Shown: piece after piece, positions 49,383 to 58,428 of the stretch
Numbering within the stretch: the stretch's first letter is position 1
Layout of the letters: every line of letters begins with the position of its first letter
Source: Candidatus Poribacteria bacterium
GTDB taxonomy: Bacteria > Poribacteria > WGA-4E > PCPOR2b
Length of the DNA: 64,000 nt
Reading direction: 5' to 3'
Assembly: GCA_965215015.1 (NCBI GenBank)
Contig: OZ244042.1
Span: forward strand, 2,560,001-2,624,000
Program-made: the position numbers and the translations under genes
Notes under the pieces: model-generated
Told to the model about the DNA's origin: nothing
The model's input: the letters and a program-made list of their open reading frames with translations, nothing else
Databases searched by the model: none

Positions 49383-50204
49383 ATGACACCTGAACAGAGA
49401 TACCTGTTTGACGTTACAGGATATTTACACTTAGAAAATGTCCTTACAGGCGATGCACTGCAAGAGACCCAAGAAGCGATTGACCGATATATCCAAGCCC
49501 CAGCGGACGAACTGCCCCCCGGATTTGAAATCAGAGGGCTTCATCAACACGGTTTTGCATTCGATAAGTGTCTTGAAGCCTTGACGCTCCATCCAGCCAC
49601 ATGGCCAATTGTCAAGGAGCTGACCTTTAACAAACCGCGTTTTGCCAGAGGGTCACTCAAACGGGAGCAACACACGGACTGGAAAGAAGGCGAGCGGGCA
49701 CGTACAAACCCGGGTGGACTCCATTGCGCCCGCGATGACTACGGTTGGTACAGCACCCTCTATAAGGTCAAAGATGGACACATCTATTGTGATGACTTTG
49801 TTGCCTTTTTCTATTTCACGGATGTGTTTCCCGGCGACGGTGGATTGATTGTAATTCCCGGTTCTCATAAAAGCGAGTTTCAACGCCCAAAGGATTTGTT
49901 GACACTCGACGAAGCGGATGGAATTGATCCAGAACCGAATCCGGTGTTTACAAATATCACCGCCCGGGCGGGCGATGTTGTGATTATATCTGAGCTGCTC
50001 ACCCACGGTGTCTTGCGATGGAAACCGACGGATCGGGATCGCCGTATACTGGTCCTACGTTACAAGCCGCAATATATGGGTGCACATTCGTTCCCGCAGC
50101 CGATTCTGGACCGATTATCGCCGGAGACGCTTGAATTGGTCGCATCGGCGGGATTCCAGCATACCAAAGAAATTGTTAAACAGGACATCGTCCATCTGTC
50201 TTGA
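49383..50204 (+). CDS. PhyH-family Fe/2OG enzyme with non-canonical HCA motif (paralog 1)
   Basis: YLFDVTGYL, LHCAR, FTDVFPGDGG..PGSHK, GDVVI..LTHG, RR. Confidence 0.85.
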   Translation: MTPEQRYLFDVTGYLHLENVLTGDALQETQEAIDRYIQAPADELPPGFEIRGLHQHGFAFDKCLEALTLHPATWPIVKELTFNKPRFARGSLKREQHTDWKEGERARTNPGGLHCARDDYGWYSTLYKVKDGHIYCDDFVAFFYFTDVFPGDGGLIVIPGSHKSEFQRPKDLLTLDEADGIDPEPNPVFTNITARAGDVVIISELLTHGVLRWKPTDRDRRILVLRYKPQYMGAHSFPQPILDRLSPETLELVASAGFQHTKEIVKQDIVHLS

Positions 50205-50219
50205 GCGGAGAGGCTACCA

Positions 50220-51038
50220 ATGACGCCCAAACAGAAGTATCTCTTTGATATCACAGGTTATCTTCATCTGAAAAACGTTCTCAGCCCTGAAGAGCTGCGG
50301 AATACCCAAGCAGCCATTGAGCGATGCTGTCAGACGCCGCCGGATCAGCTCCCGCCCGGTATCCACAGGAACGGAGAAGGGTTTTCGTACGGCTTTTCGT
50401 TCGATAAAGCACTGGAGGCTTTGACGCTCCATCCAGTGACTTGGCCCATCATCAAAGAATTGACGGGCGGAAAACCCCGTCTGAACCGAGGGACGCTCGC
50501 CATCAATACACACGAAAAGCGTCAGATAACACCCCTGCACTGTGCACGAGAAGACTTAGGTTGGCTGACCCGACGTTATGAGGTTAAAGATGGACAAATC
50601 TTCGCCAATGATCTTGTGGCATTCTTCTATTTCACGGATGTGTTTCCCGGCGATGGCGGATTGGTTGTGATTCCGGGGTCTCACAAGAGCGAATTTGAGC
50701 GACCGGAGGAGCTGTTTTTCCCAGATCCTGATGACCCCGACCCTGAATTGCATCCAGCAATGATAAATATTACACCTCGCGCAGGCGATGTAGTGCTTAT
50801 CTCGGAACTGCTCACGCATGGGGTTTTGGTCTGGAAACCGAAAGGCCGAGACCGCCGCTTTCTAATCCTACGGTATAAGACGCAATACTTTCAAGATGAA
50901 CAAGGGAACAAAAATCCGCTCCCGGAGGAGGTGTTAGCGAGATTGTCGCCGGAGACGCGAGAACTGACTGAACCCGCGTTTTATACGGATGTTAAGGATA
51001 TTGCTAGACAGGAGAGAGTTACACTGACGATAAACTAA
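50220..51038 (+). CDS. PhyH-family Fe/2OG enzyme with non-canonical HCA motif (paralog 2)
   Basis: Same motifs as the upstream gene; shares the long block VAFFYFTDVFPGDGGL. Confidence 0.85.
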   Translation: MTPKQKYLFDITGYLHLKNVLSPEELRNTQAAIERCCQTPPDQLPPGIHRNGEGFSYGFSFDKALEALTLHPVTWPIIKELTGGKPRLNRGTLAINTHEKRQITPLHCAREDLGWLTRRYEVKDGQIFANDLVAFFYFTDVFPGDGGLVVIPGSHKSEFERPEELFFPDPDDPDPELHPAMINITPRAGDVVLISELLTHGVLVWKPKGRDRRFLILRYKTQYFQDEQGNKNPLPEEVLARLSPETRELTEPAFYTDVKDIARQERVTLTIN

Positions 51039-51211
51039 CATCAAAGGGGCTATTTGTCCATTATAAAACTGTTGGAACGAGTTAGTGAGGGTATTGAGTC
51101 CATTCGTTCATTTGTTCAAAAATTCATTAATGAACCGATTGTTTTCACGTTTCACTCTCGGTATCAACAGTTGCAAACTAGCACCATTGGTTAATAGAAC
51201 AGGAGGCTATC

Positions 51212-52438
51212 ATGAAAATCACCGACATTGAATGTATCCCCATTGTTATGCCCCTTGCGGAACGCTACGACGATCACCACGGTCGTGTCCGCATGGGTAA
51301 CATTGACGAACACCTAGTTGTCAAGGTTCAAACAGATAATGGACTGGTCGGTTACGGCGATTATGAAGATGATCCCGCCCCAATCCCACAGTCGATGCTC
51401 GACATGCTCATCGGTCGCAGCCCGTTTGACTTTCTCCATAACAATTTTAATATGGCACTGGGGATGGCACTCTACGATGTGATGGGGAAACACCTCGAAG
51501 TGCCGGCTCACAAGCTGATGGGGCAAAAAGTACGAGATGCCGTGTCTGTGGCAGCATGGACTCGGCCATGTCCGCCGGAGGTTTTCCGCGACGAAATCCT
51601 GTACGCTGCCTCCCAAGGCTATACTATCTTTAAGATGCACTCCAGCGCACTGTATGATGTTATTGAGCAAACGCGGCTTGCTGAAGAGGTTGCACCCTCC
51701 GGCTTTAAGATTCACTGGGACTTCAATCACAACCGAAGTCTGGGAGTTGTGCTCCCCATTATCAGGGAATTGGAGAAGAACCACCCGATCGTCGGCTACA
51801 TTGAAGACCCCCTGCCTTGGACGGATGTTGACGGCTGGCGGAAACTGCGTGAGAAGACGCACATCCCGCTTATCATGCACGTTCCCCAACTCGGTGGTAT
51901 TCAGGAAGTCATCCAAGGTTGCGCTGACATCTATATGATTGGTGGTGGAATCGGCAACACTCTGATGAAAGGATTTGCCTATGGACAAGCAAACATCCAA
52001 ACGCTCATCCAGCAAAGCGGGGGCACACTGATGAAAGCGTTAACCCTGCACCAAGCTGCTGTTCTTCCGACTGCGACCGCTCATACGATAAACCTCGACG
52101 ACCAATACTCAGAGGACATAACAACGGAGCGTATTCCGGTGATTGAGGGATTTTCCCCTGTGCCTGAAGCCCCCGGACTGGGGTTCGAGGTGGACGAGGA
52201 TGCCATTGCACGGTTCGCATCCGGCACCCCATTAACAACCGGTAGAATCATCGGTATTCTGTCCTTGCCCGGCGGGCACAAGATTTACACCTCTCGCGGT
52301 CCGAGTGTCGCGAGTTTGACAGGCTATGAGGAAGGTGCTATCCGGGGAATTGACTTTGAGAAATGGGAAGACGATGGTTCTTCAGAATTTGAACGTATCT
52401 ATGAGCGGATAGAGAAAGAAGGCTCGTTCATAGAATAG
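51212..52438 (+). CDS. Mandelate racemase/muconate lactonizing enzyme (enolase superfamily)
   Basis: MKITDIE, TDNGLVGYG, ALYDVMGK, FKMH, DFN, IEDP, PGLG.EVD. Confidence 0.87.
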   Translation: MKITDIECIPIVMPLAERYDDHHGRVRMGNIDEHLVVKVQTDNGLVGYGDYEDDPAPIPQSMLDMLIGRSPFDFLHNNFNMALGMALYDVMGKHLEVPAHKLMGQKVRDAVSVAAWTRPCPPEVFRDEILYAASQGYTIFKMHSSALYDVIEQTRLAEEVAPSGFKIHWDFNHNRSLGVVLPIIRELEKNHPIVGYIEDPLPWTDVDGWRKLREKTHIPLIMHVPQLGGIQEVIQGCADIYMIGGGIGNTLMKGFAYGQANIQTLIQQSGGTLMKALTLHQAAVLPTATAHTINLDDQYSEDITTERIPVIEGFSPVPEAPGLGFEVDEDAIARFASGTPLTTGRIIGILSLPGGHKIYTSRGPSVASLTGYEEGAIRGIDFEKWEDDGSSEFERIYERIEKEGSFIE

Positions 52439-52454
52439 AAATGGGAGGGAAGAA

Positions 52455-53129
52455 ATGAAAGTCCTCATTACCGGTGCCGCCGGTGCTGTTGGTTCAACCC
52501 TTGTAAAAGGTATGAAAGATCGACATACCATTCGCGGGCTTGACCGCTTACCGATGCCCGACCTTGAAGACACAATCGAAGGAGATGTAGCAGACTTCGA
52601 CACCATGCTCAAAGCTACGGAGGGCATGGAGGCTGTTATTCACCTTACCGGGACCGACAGCGAGTGGGAGGCTGCCCTGCAAAGCAATTTCATAGGCACC
52701 TACAACATGCTTGAAGCCTCGCGCTTGAACAGTGTGAAACGGATTGCGTACGCTAGCCGCGCTGGCGTGTTGGGGCCCTATCCGAAAAGCATCAAGCGGA
52801 CAATTGACATGCCAACCAAGCCGGTCGGTCATTATACGGTTAGCAAGGTGTTCGGTGAGGCGATGGGATATTCTTACGCGAACCGGTACGATATGGAGTT
52901 CGTCGCGGTCCGAATTGGGAATTTTAACCGTCACAGACCGTTGCCTGAACATCCCCACCACCTCGGTCATGGTGATGCAGTGCGTGTGTTTGAGCAAGCC
53001 GTTACACACCCGGATATAAAGTTTGAAATTGTGTTCGGTGTCTCGGATAGCAATTGGCCCCTGTACGACCTAGACCATGGGCGTCTGGCAATCGGCTACT
53101 ATCCGCAAGACCGTTATGAGCATAAGTAA
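52455..53129 (+). CDS. NAD(P)-dependent oxidoreductase (extended SDR, uronate dehydrogenase-like)
   Basis: TGAAGAVG, YTVSKVFGEA, VRIG, FGVSDS. Confidence 0.85.
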   Translation: MKVLITGAAGAVGSTLVKGMKDRHTIRGLDRLPMPDLEDTIEGDVADFDTMLKATEGMEAVIHLTGTDSEWEAALQSNFIGTYNMLEASRLNSVKRIAYASRAGVLGPYPKSIKRTIDMPTKPVGHYTVSKVFGEAMGYSYANRYDMEFVAVRIGNFNRHRPLPEHPHHLGHGDAVRVFEQAVTHPDIKFEIVFGVSDSNWPLYDLDHGRLAIGYYPQDRYEHK

Positions 53130-53219
53130 ATTCGTACATTCAAGGCAGCAACTTACGCTTGTCATTGTTTCAACCGGTCCAACACCTCAACTGCGGCCCT
53201 GTTTTTTGGGAGCGGAATT

Positions 53220-56200
53220 GTGCGTAATATCAAACCGATTCTTGGGCTAACCTTCTTTTTTTCATGTGCGTGTGGTATCATCTACGAAGTCATCTGGGCA
53301 CGCCAGCTAACTCTGTTTTTCGGCAGTCTAGTGTTTGCTGTGAGCACACTGCTAAGTGCATTCGTAAGCGGGTTGGGACTCGGCAGCTTTTACTTCGGGC
53401 GGTTGGCAGGCAAAGAAAAGCGACCATTGCGCCTGTATGCCTTTCTCGGAGTGGGACTCGGAATCTTTGCACTCATCTTCCCGACCCTATTAGATATTCT
53501 CAACGCTCTCTGTATCCTCATCTATCGTGGACTGGGTGCGGGGTTCTATCTCCTGTCGTGGATTCGGTTTGTCCTGTCATTTGCTGTCCTGCTGATTCCA
53601 TCAACGCTGATGGGCGGCATACTTCCCCTTCTCAGTCAGCTCGCCCAAGAACGGTGTGCAGGATTCAAAGCGAGTCGTCTTTTCACCATTAATATGCTTG
53701 CTGCAAGCCTCGGTTGTATCGCTATCGGGTTCTTCCTGATTCAGCTTCTAGGTGTTCAGCATTCAGTCTATTTGGGTGTAGCGATTAATTTGATTCTGGG
53801 AGTTGTTGCTTTCGGTTTAGACCGTTCTTGGTCTGACACCTCTTTAGACATGCAGCAGGACTTAGACAACGGATTGGAAATATCCCCAAAAGGGGCAATA
53901 TGGCAACTATTGTTATGGACATTCGCTGTTGCGGGCTTCTGCGTGATGGCTTATGCTGTCCTGTGGACACGGATTCTGACCTCCTTTCTCGGCAACACAA
54001 ATTATGCTTTCTCGGTTATGCTGACTGCCTTACTGCTCGGCATTGCGGTTGGAAGTTTTCTATTTGAAGTAATCGTGCGGCGGGTTAAACTGTTTGTCAA
54101 TCTTTTCGGATTGATTCAGATTGGAATAGGCCTGTCCGCTGTTACGCTAATACCACCTTTCGGAAATCTATATGAGATCAGCAGAGAGTTGCAAGCTGCC
54201 TTTGGGGTTGGACGTTTTTGGGAATTTGTTGCAGGGTTTATCCTGATAATTGTTCCCACAATCCTGATAGGAGCTAGTTTTCCGTTGGTTATGCGGATTT
54301 GTGCCGCTGTCAAATCACAATCCGCAGCTTATCCATTCAGCACAATCGGTGCATTTCTTGGATCACTGTGTACAGGGTTTGTCCTGATTCCACTGATTGG
54401 GATACGTCCAAGCCTTCTCTTAATCTGCGTGTTGAGTGCGGTTATGGGGTGTGCACTAATTCTTCTGAATTCCGAAAAATCACAGATTTTCAGCGGCACC
54501 GCGATTGGTGGCACAATCTTGACCGTTGGAGTGGGACTGATGGTGTTACTGTGGGGGAGCTCACCTCTTTTTTTGAAAAGCGGCACCTTTTGGACGCAAC
54601 GCGTAAACGATACACTAGTCGGACATACCGAAACTGTTGATGCGAACATGGTCACATTTATGGATGATCAAGGTATCCATCGGCTGTATGTTGACAATGA
54701 CGAGATCGCCGATGCTTCTCGCCGGGGATCTGTGTCACATCGGATTATCGCCCATCTGCCGCTGTTGTTGCATCCAAACCCTGAACGCGGGCTTGTCCTC
54801 GGATTTGGGGTGGGAATCTCGTCCCATACCATGACGCAGCACGACGTGCATGTGGACGCCGTCGAAAATCCAGAGGGGCTCATCGAAGCGGCGCGGCAAC
54901 ACTTTACTGATGTAAACCGTAACGTCCTCGACAGCTCGACGCTCAATCATAGGTTCAATGATGAACGAAGCTATGTGTTGATGACACCAAAGCGATACGA
55001 TGTAATTTCCATAGGTGCCTTCCACCCGCTTGTGAGTTCAAAGGGTTCTAATCTTTACACCACAGATTTCTATAGATGGTGTAAGCGTATCCTCACAGAA
55101 GATGGTATAATATGTCGATGGATACCGCTCAAGCGGCTGCCGGGAACACATCTCAAAATGATTGTAAGGACCTTCATTGAGGTGTTTCCAAACGCGACAA
55201 TATGGTATAAATACACACCGGACTTTGCCATCCTGATTGGCACGCCAGGGCGGTTCAAGATAAATTATAAGCGTTTTATGGAGCGGGCGCAGGGTCCAAG
55301 GGTTCACCAAGCCCTCGCAGCTGATGACCTTGATGGTATGTCGCTACTCGATTCATTCATGATGGGCGAGAAGGTTGTCCGAGCGTATGTCGGTGATGGT
55401 CCAATCCATACAGACAATCACCCACATTTGGAATTCTTCCATCCCCGTGCACTTGTGAATACAAACCACAAAAACATTGAAGGGTTGATGAAATACCGTG
55501 AACGCGTCACACCCTATTTAGCGAACTACGGTCGCACGATGAACGCCAAAATTGAGGTGCGAAAGCGGATTGATCTCTACTTTGATGCCACACAGAAGTT
55601 AATCGAAGGACAGATTGAATATGCCAAAGGACAATATGAGAAGGCTGTTGGTGTATTGAATCAGGCTGTAGCCCTTAACCCAGACGATTATACGATTCGG
55701 TACAATCTTGGGGCTGCGGTAGAGTTAGCAAACAGGGTTTATCAACAGGAGCTCAAGCAGACCGAAAGGGTCCTCAAACAAGCACTACAGAGCAATCCAC
55801 GGGATGTCCAAAAACAGATCGAACTAGGTATCACCTATGAACTTCAGGGGGAATTGGCAAAGTCAGCGGACGCCTTTGAAGAAGCACTTAAATATGAACC
55901 GAGTCGCCTAGAGCTTTATTCGTTGCTCGGCCCGATTTATGAACGTCAAGAACGGTACGATGAGGCGTTGCACACGTACCAGCGGCTTGAGAAATTAGAA
56001 CCGAATCTCCCCGCTATCATTTTTGGTGCAATGGCATCGATTTATCATTTTCATAAGAAAATGCTTCCTGATGCCCTCAAATACGCGCAGAAGGCGTTGG
56101 CAGTCGATCCCAATTCTTGGCGTGTGCATAACCTGTTAGGGGTTATCTATACGGATAAGAAAGAATTTAGACAAGCCGTTGATGCGTTCAAAGCTGCGAT

Positions 56201-56381
56201 GCGACTCGCTCCGAATGAACCGATCTCACACAGCGATTTAGCGAAAGTATATCTCGCCCAAGGCAGGTACGACGAGGCGTTGAAATCGGTTGACACAGCA
56301 ATACGTCTCGCACCAAGGGATTCATACTTTCAAGAACAACGCCATCAGATTGAATCAACAATGGTGTCAAATAAAGAATGA
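53220..56381 (+). CDS. Fused membrane (MFS-like)/spermidine synthase-like/TPR protein
   Basis: YEVIWAR multi-TM domain, LVLGFGVG, LYTTDFY, TDNHPHLEF, C-terminal TPRs. Confidence 0.88.
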   Translation: MRNIKPILGLTFFFSCACGIIYEVIWARQLTLFFGSLVFAVSTLLSAFVSGLGLGSFYFGRLAGKEKRPLRLYAFLGVGLGIFALIFPTLLDILNALCILIYRGLGAGFYLLSWIRFVLSFAVLLIPSTLMGGILPLLSQLAQERCAGFKASRLFTINMLAASLGCIAIGFFLIQLLGVQHSVYLGVAINLILGVVAFGLDRSWSDTSLDMQQDLDNGLEISPKGAIWQLLLWTFAVAGFCVMAYAVLWTRILTSFLGNTNYAFSVMLTALLLGIAVGSFLFEVIVRRVKLFVNLFGLIQIGIGLSAVTLIPPFGNLYEISRELQAAFGVGRFWEFVAGFILIIVPTILIGASFPLVMRICAAVKSQSAAYPFSTIGAFLGSLCTGFVLIPLIGIRPSLLLICVLSAVMGCALILLNSEKSQIFSGTAIGGTILTVGVGLMVLLWGSSPLFLKSGTFWTQRVNDTLVGHTETVDANMVTFMDDQGIHRLYVDNDEIADASRRGSVSHRIIAHLPLLLHPNPERGLVLGFGVGISSHTMTQHDVHVDAVENPEGLIEAARQHFTDVNRNVLDSSTLNHRFNDERSYVLMTPKRYDVISIGAFHPLVSSKGSNLYTTDFYRWCKRILTEDGIICRWIPLKRLPGTHLKMIVRTFIEVFPNATIWYKYTPDFAILIGTPGRFKINYKRFMERAQGPRVHQALAADDLDGMSLLDSFMMGEKVVRAYVGDGPIHTDNHPHLEFFHPRALVNTNHKNIEGLMKYRERVTPYLANYGRTMNAKIEVRKRIDLYFDATQKLIEGQIEYAKGQYEKAVGVLNQAVALNPDDYTIRYNLGAAVELANRVYQQELKQTERVLKQALQSNPRDVQKQIELGITYELQGELAKSADAFEEALKYEPSRLELYSLLGPIYERQERYDEALHTYQRLEKLEPNLPAIIFGAMASIYHFHKKMLPDALKYAQKALAVDPNSWRVHNLLGVIYTDKKEFRQAVDAFKAAMRLAPNEPISHSDLAKVYLAQGRYDEALKSVDTAIRLAPRDSYFQEQRHQIESTMVSNKE

Positions 56382-56595
56382 AGCAGCCGAAGAACTGAAG
56401 GTTGAAACCACAAGGACCCGCTGCAGAGAAGCAAAGAAAAACAACAATGCGTTCATTTGTTCATTGGTTCATTGGTTCATGTTAAGAAATGGTGCAATAT
56501 AAATCGTGGGGAACAACTCTCGGACTGGTCGGTCACAGATTGGAGGATCGTTGTTCCTTACTGCCAAAAACTCGAGTTCTCTTTGCACTTTCTTT

Positions 56596-56697
56596 AGGAC
56601 TTACGCAGTTGAAGGCTCAATGCCAACACCAGAAAAGGGCGCGCAATGGTCATCGTGGGTTGAATGGCATTACGACACACTCAAGTGCCTAACTCCT
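56596..56697. mobile_element. 102-bp MITE-like element (copy 1)
   Basis: Imperfect TIRs AGGACTTACGCA/TGCCTAACTCCT; near-identical inverted copy at 62892-62993; its end also occurs at 58256. Confidence 0.8.
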
Positions 56698-56820
56698 ATT
56701 TCTTTTTACTTTTTATTATGAGCCTCGTTCATTAGTGCATTGACAGGTCACCGGTGAACCAATGAACTCAAAAAAATTCTGTGTCTCTGCGGTAAATTTG
56801 AGAGGAGTAATTGATAGAAA

Positions 56821-58086
56821 ATGCAGATTCAATCACCAAAAGGGACGAGAGACATCCTCCCTTCAGAAGTTCAAACATGGCAATGGGTCGAACAGATCGC
56901 ACGCTCTGTTTTTAGCACTTACGGGTATCAGGAGATCCGCACACCAATTTTTGAAAGCACAGACCTTTTCGTGCGCGGGGTCGGCGATACCACCGACATC
57001 GTTGAAAAAGAGATGTACACCTTCAATGACAGGGGCAATCGAAGTGTCTCATTGCGTCCAGAGGGCACAGCATCAGTGGTGCGTGCCATGCTCCAAAATC
57101 GTTTGATGGACGGTGCCAGCGTCTTAAAATTTTACTATATCGGTCAAATGTTTCGCTATGACCGTCCGCAGGCGGGACGGTATCGAGAGTTTTGGCAGAT
57201 TGGCATCGAAGCATTTGGGGCGGAGGCACCCGCAATCGACGCAGAGATTATCGCAGCAGGACACCAATTCTTCTCAACACTCGGTATCAAAGACCTCACA
57301 TTACACCTGAACAGCATCGGCGATACGGCATGTCGTCCAAAGTACGTTGAAGATCTGAAGGCCTATGCGAAAGCGCATCTTGATGAACTATGTGGAAAAT
57401 GTTATGCGCGTTACGAACGGAACCCGATGCGAATCTTGGATTGTAAGGAGAGCGGTTGTCGTGCCGTTGTCGCTAATGCCCCTCTTTTGTCTAACTATTT
57501 GTGTGATGCCTGCCGTGAGAATTTCGATATGGTAAAAAGCTATCTCGATGGACTCGAAATTGATTACCACGAAGATCCATACGTCGTTAGAGGATTGGAT
57601 TACTACTCTCGCACCGCGTTTGAATTCACAGCAGGCGGCCTAGGTGCACAGAACGCCATTGGTGGTGGTGGGCGGTATGATTATCTAGCAGAAGAAATCG
57701 GTGGAGCCCCAACCCCCGGCATTGGATTCGCGCTCGGTATGGATCGGATTATCATCGCCTTAGACGCCCAGAATGTTACGGTGCCAACCTCTGCACCGGT
57801 GGATGTCTATCTCACGGTATTAGGAGAAGCAGCGATGCCTATAGCCCTACAGTTGGCACAAGATCTTCGTGAGAATGGCGTCAAAACGGATTTGGAGTTT
57901 AAAGGGCGTGGCTTGCGTGCACAAATGAGGACTGCAAACAAACTGAACGCACGGTATGTTATCATGATCGGCGAAGATGAAATCAACAACGCAGCTGCAA
58001 CGGTGCGGGATATGGGAAGCGGCGATCAGCAGTCAATTGTGTTCCCACAGTTAGCGGAAATGATGCGTGAAAAGTTGGATAGCTAG
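56821..58086 (+). CDS. hisS: Histidine--tRNA ligase
   Basis: PKGTRD, LRPEGTA, MFRYDRPQAGRYREF, VRGLDYY, GGGRYD. Confidence 0.97.
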   Translation: MQIQSPKGTRDILPSEVQTWQWVEQIARSVFSTYGYQEIRTPIFESTDLFVRGVGDTTDIVEKEMYTFNDRGNRSVSLRPEGTASVVRAMLQNRLMDGASVLKFYYIGQMFRYDRPQAGRYREFWQIGIEAFGAEAPAIDAEIIAAGHQFFSTLGIKDLTLHLNSIGDTACRPKYVEDLKAYAKAHLDELCGKCYARYERNPMRILDCKESGCRAVVANAPLLSNYLCDACRENFDMVKSYLDGLEIDYHEDPYVVRGLDYYSRTAFEFTAGGLGAQNAIGGGGRYDYLAEEIGGAPTPGIGFALGMDRIIIALDAQNVTVPTSAPVDVYLTVLGEAAMPIALQLAQDLRENGVKTDLEFKGRGLRAQMRTANKLNARYVIMIGEDEINNAAATVRDMGSGDQQSIVFPQLAEMMREKLDS

Positions 58087-58099
58087 ATTTGACATTTGA

Positions 58100-58350
58100 C
58101 AGTGGTATAGGTCAGGCATCTTGCCCACCCCTCCTGCCCGGCTCAATATCGGCTAGCCTGTAGGTCAAGATTCCTATCTCGACACCCAAATGTCAACAGA
58201 ACCTAGAATCTGATCAGTCAAGTGTATCACCCTGAAAGTTGAAATTGCACTTTTTAGGACTTACGCAGTTGAAGGCTCAAAGCCTTGTAGCTCAGCAATT
58301 TATCGCCGCTAGACACCGTTTCCAACGCCCGATTCATCGGGCAACTACAG
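58100..58350. repeat. Cluster of REP/MITE-like elements
   Basis: GTAG-initiated imperfect palindromes; AAATGTCAACAGAACCTA is the reverse complement of TAGGTTCTGTTGACATTT at ~38824; AGGACTTACGCAGTTGAAGGCTCAA. Confidence 0.6.
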
Positions 58351-58428
58351 CAGAGACACCATAAGGAATCCTAGGGAACACCGATCGGTGTTCCCTCTTT
58401 TGATAAATCAAAGGAGAGAATCAAGACA

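Noticed and set aside
56450-56480. GTTCATT(T/G) short tandem repeat as a phase-variation locus
   Set aside because: It is intergenic, has only ~4 imperfect units, and is not within an evident promoter; a similar sequence near 51100 suggests a generic intergenic repeat.
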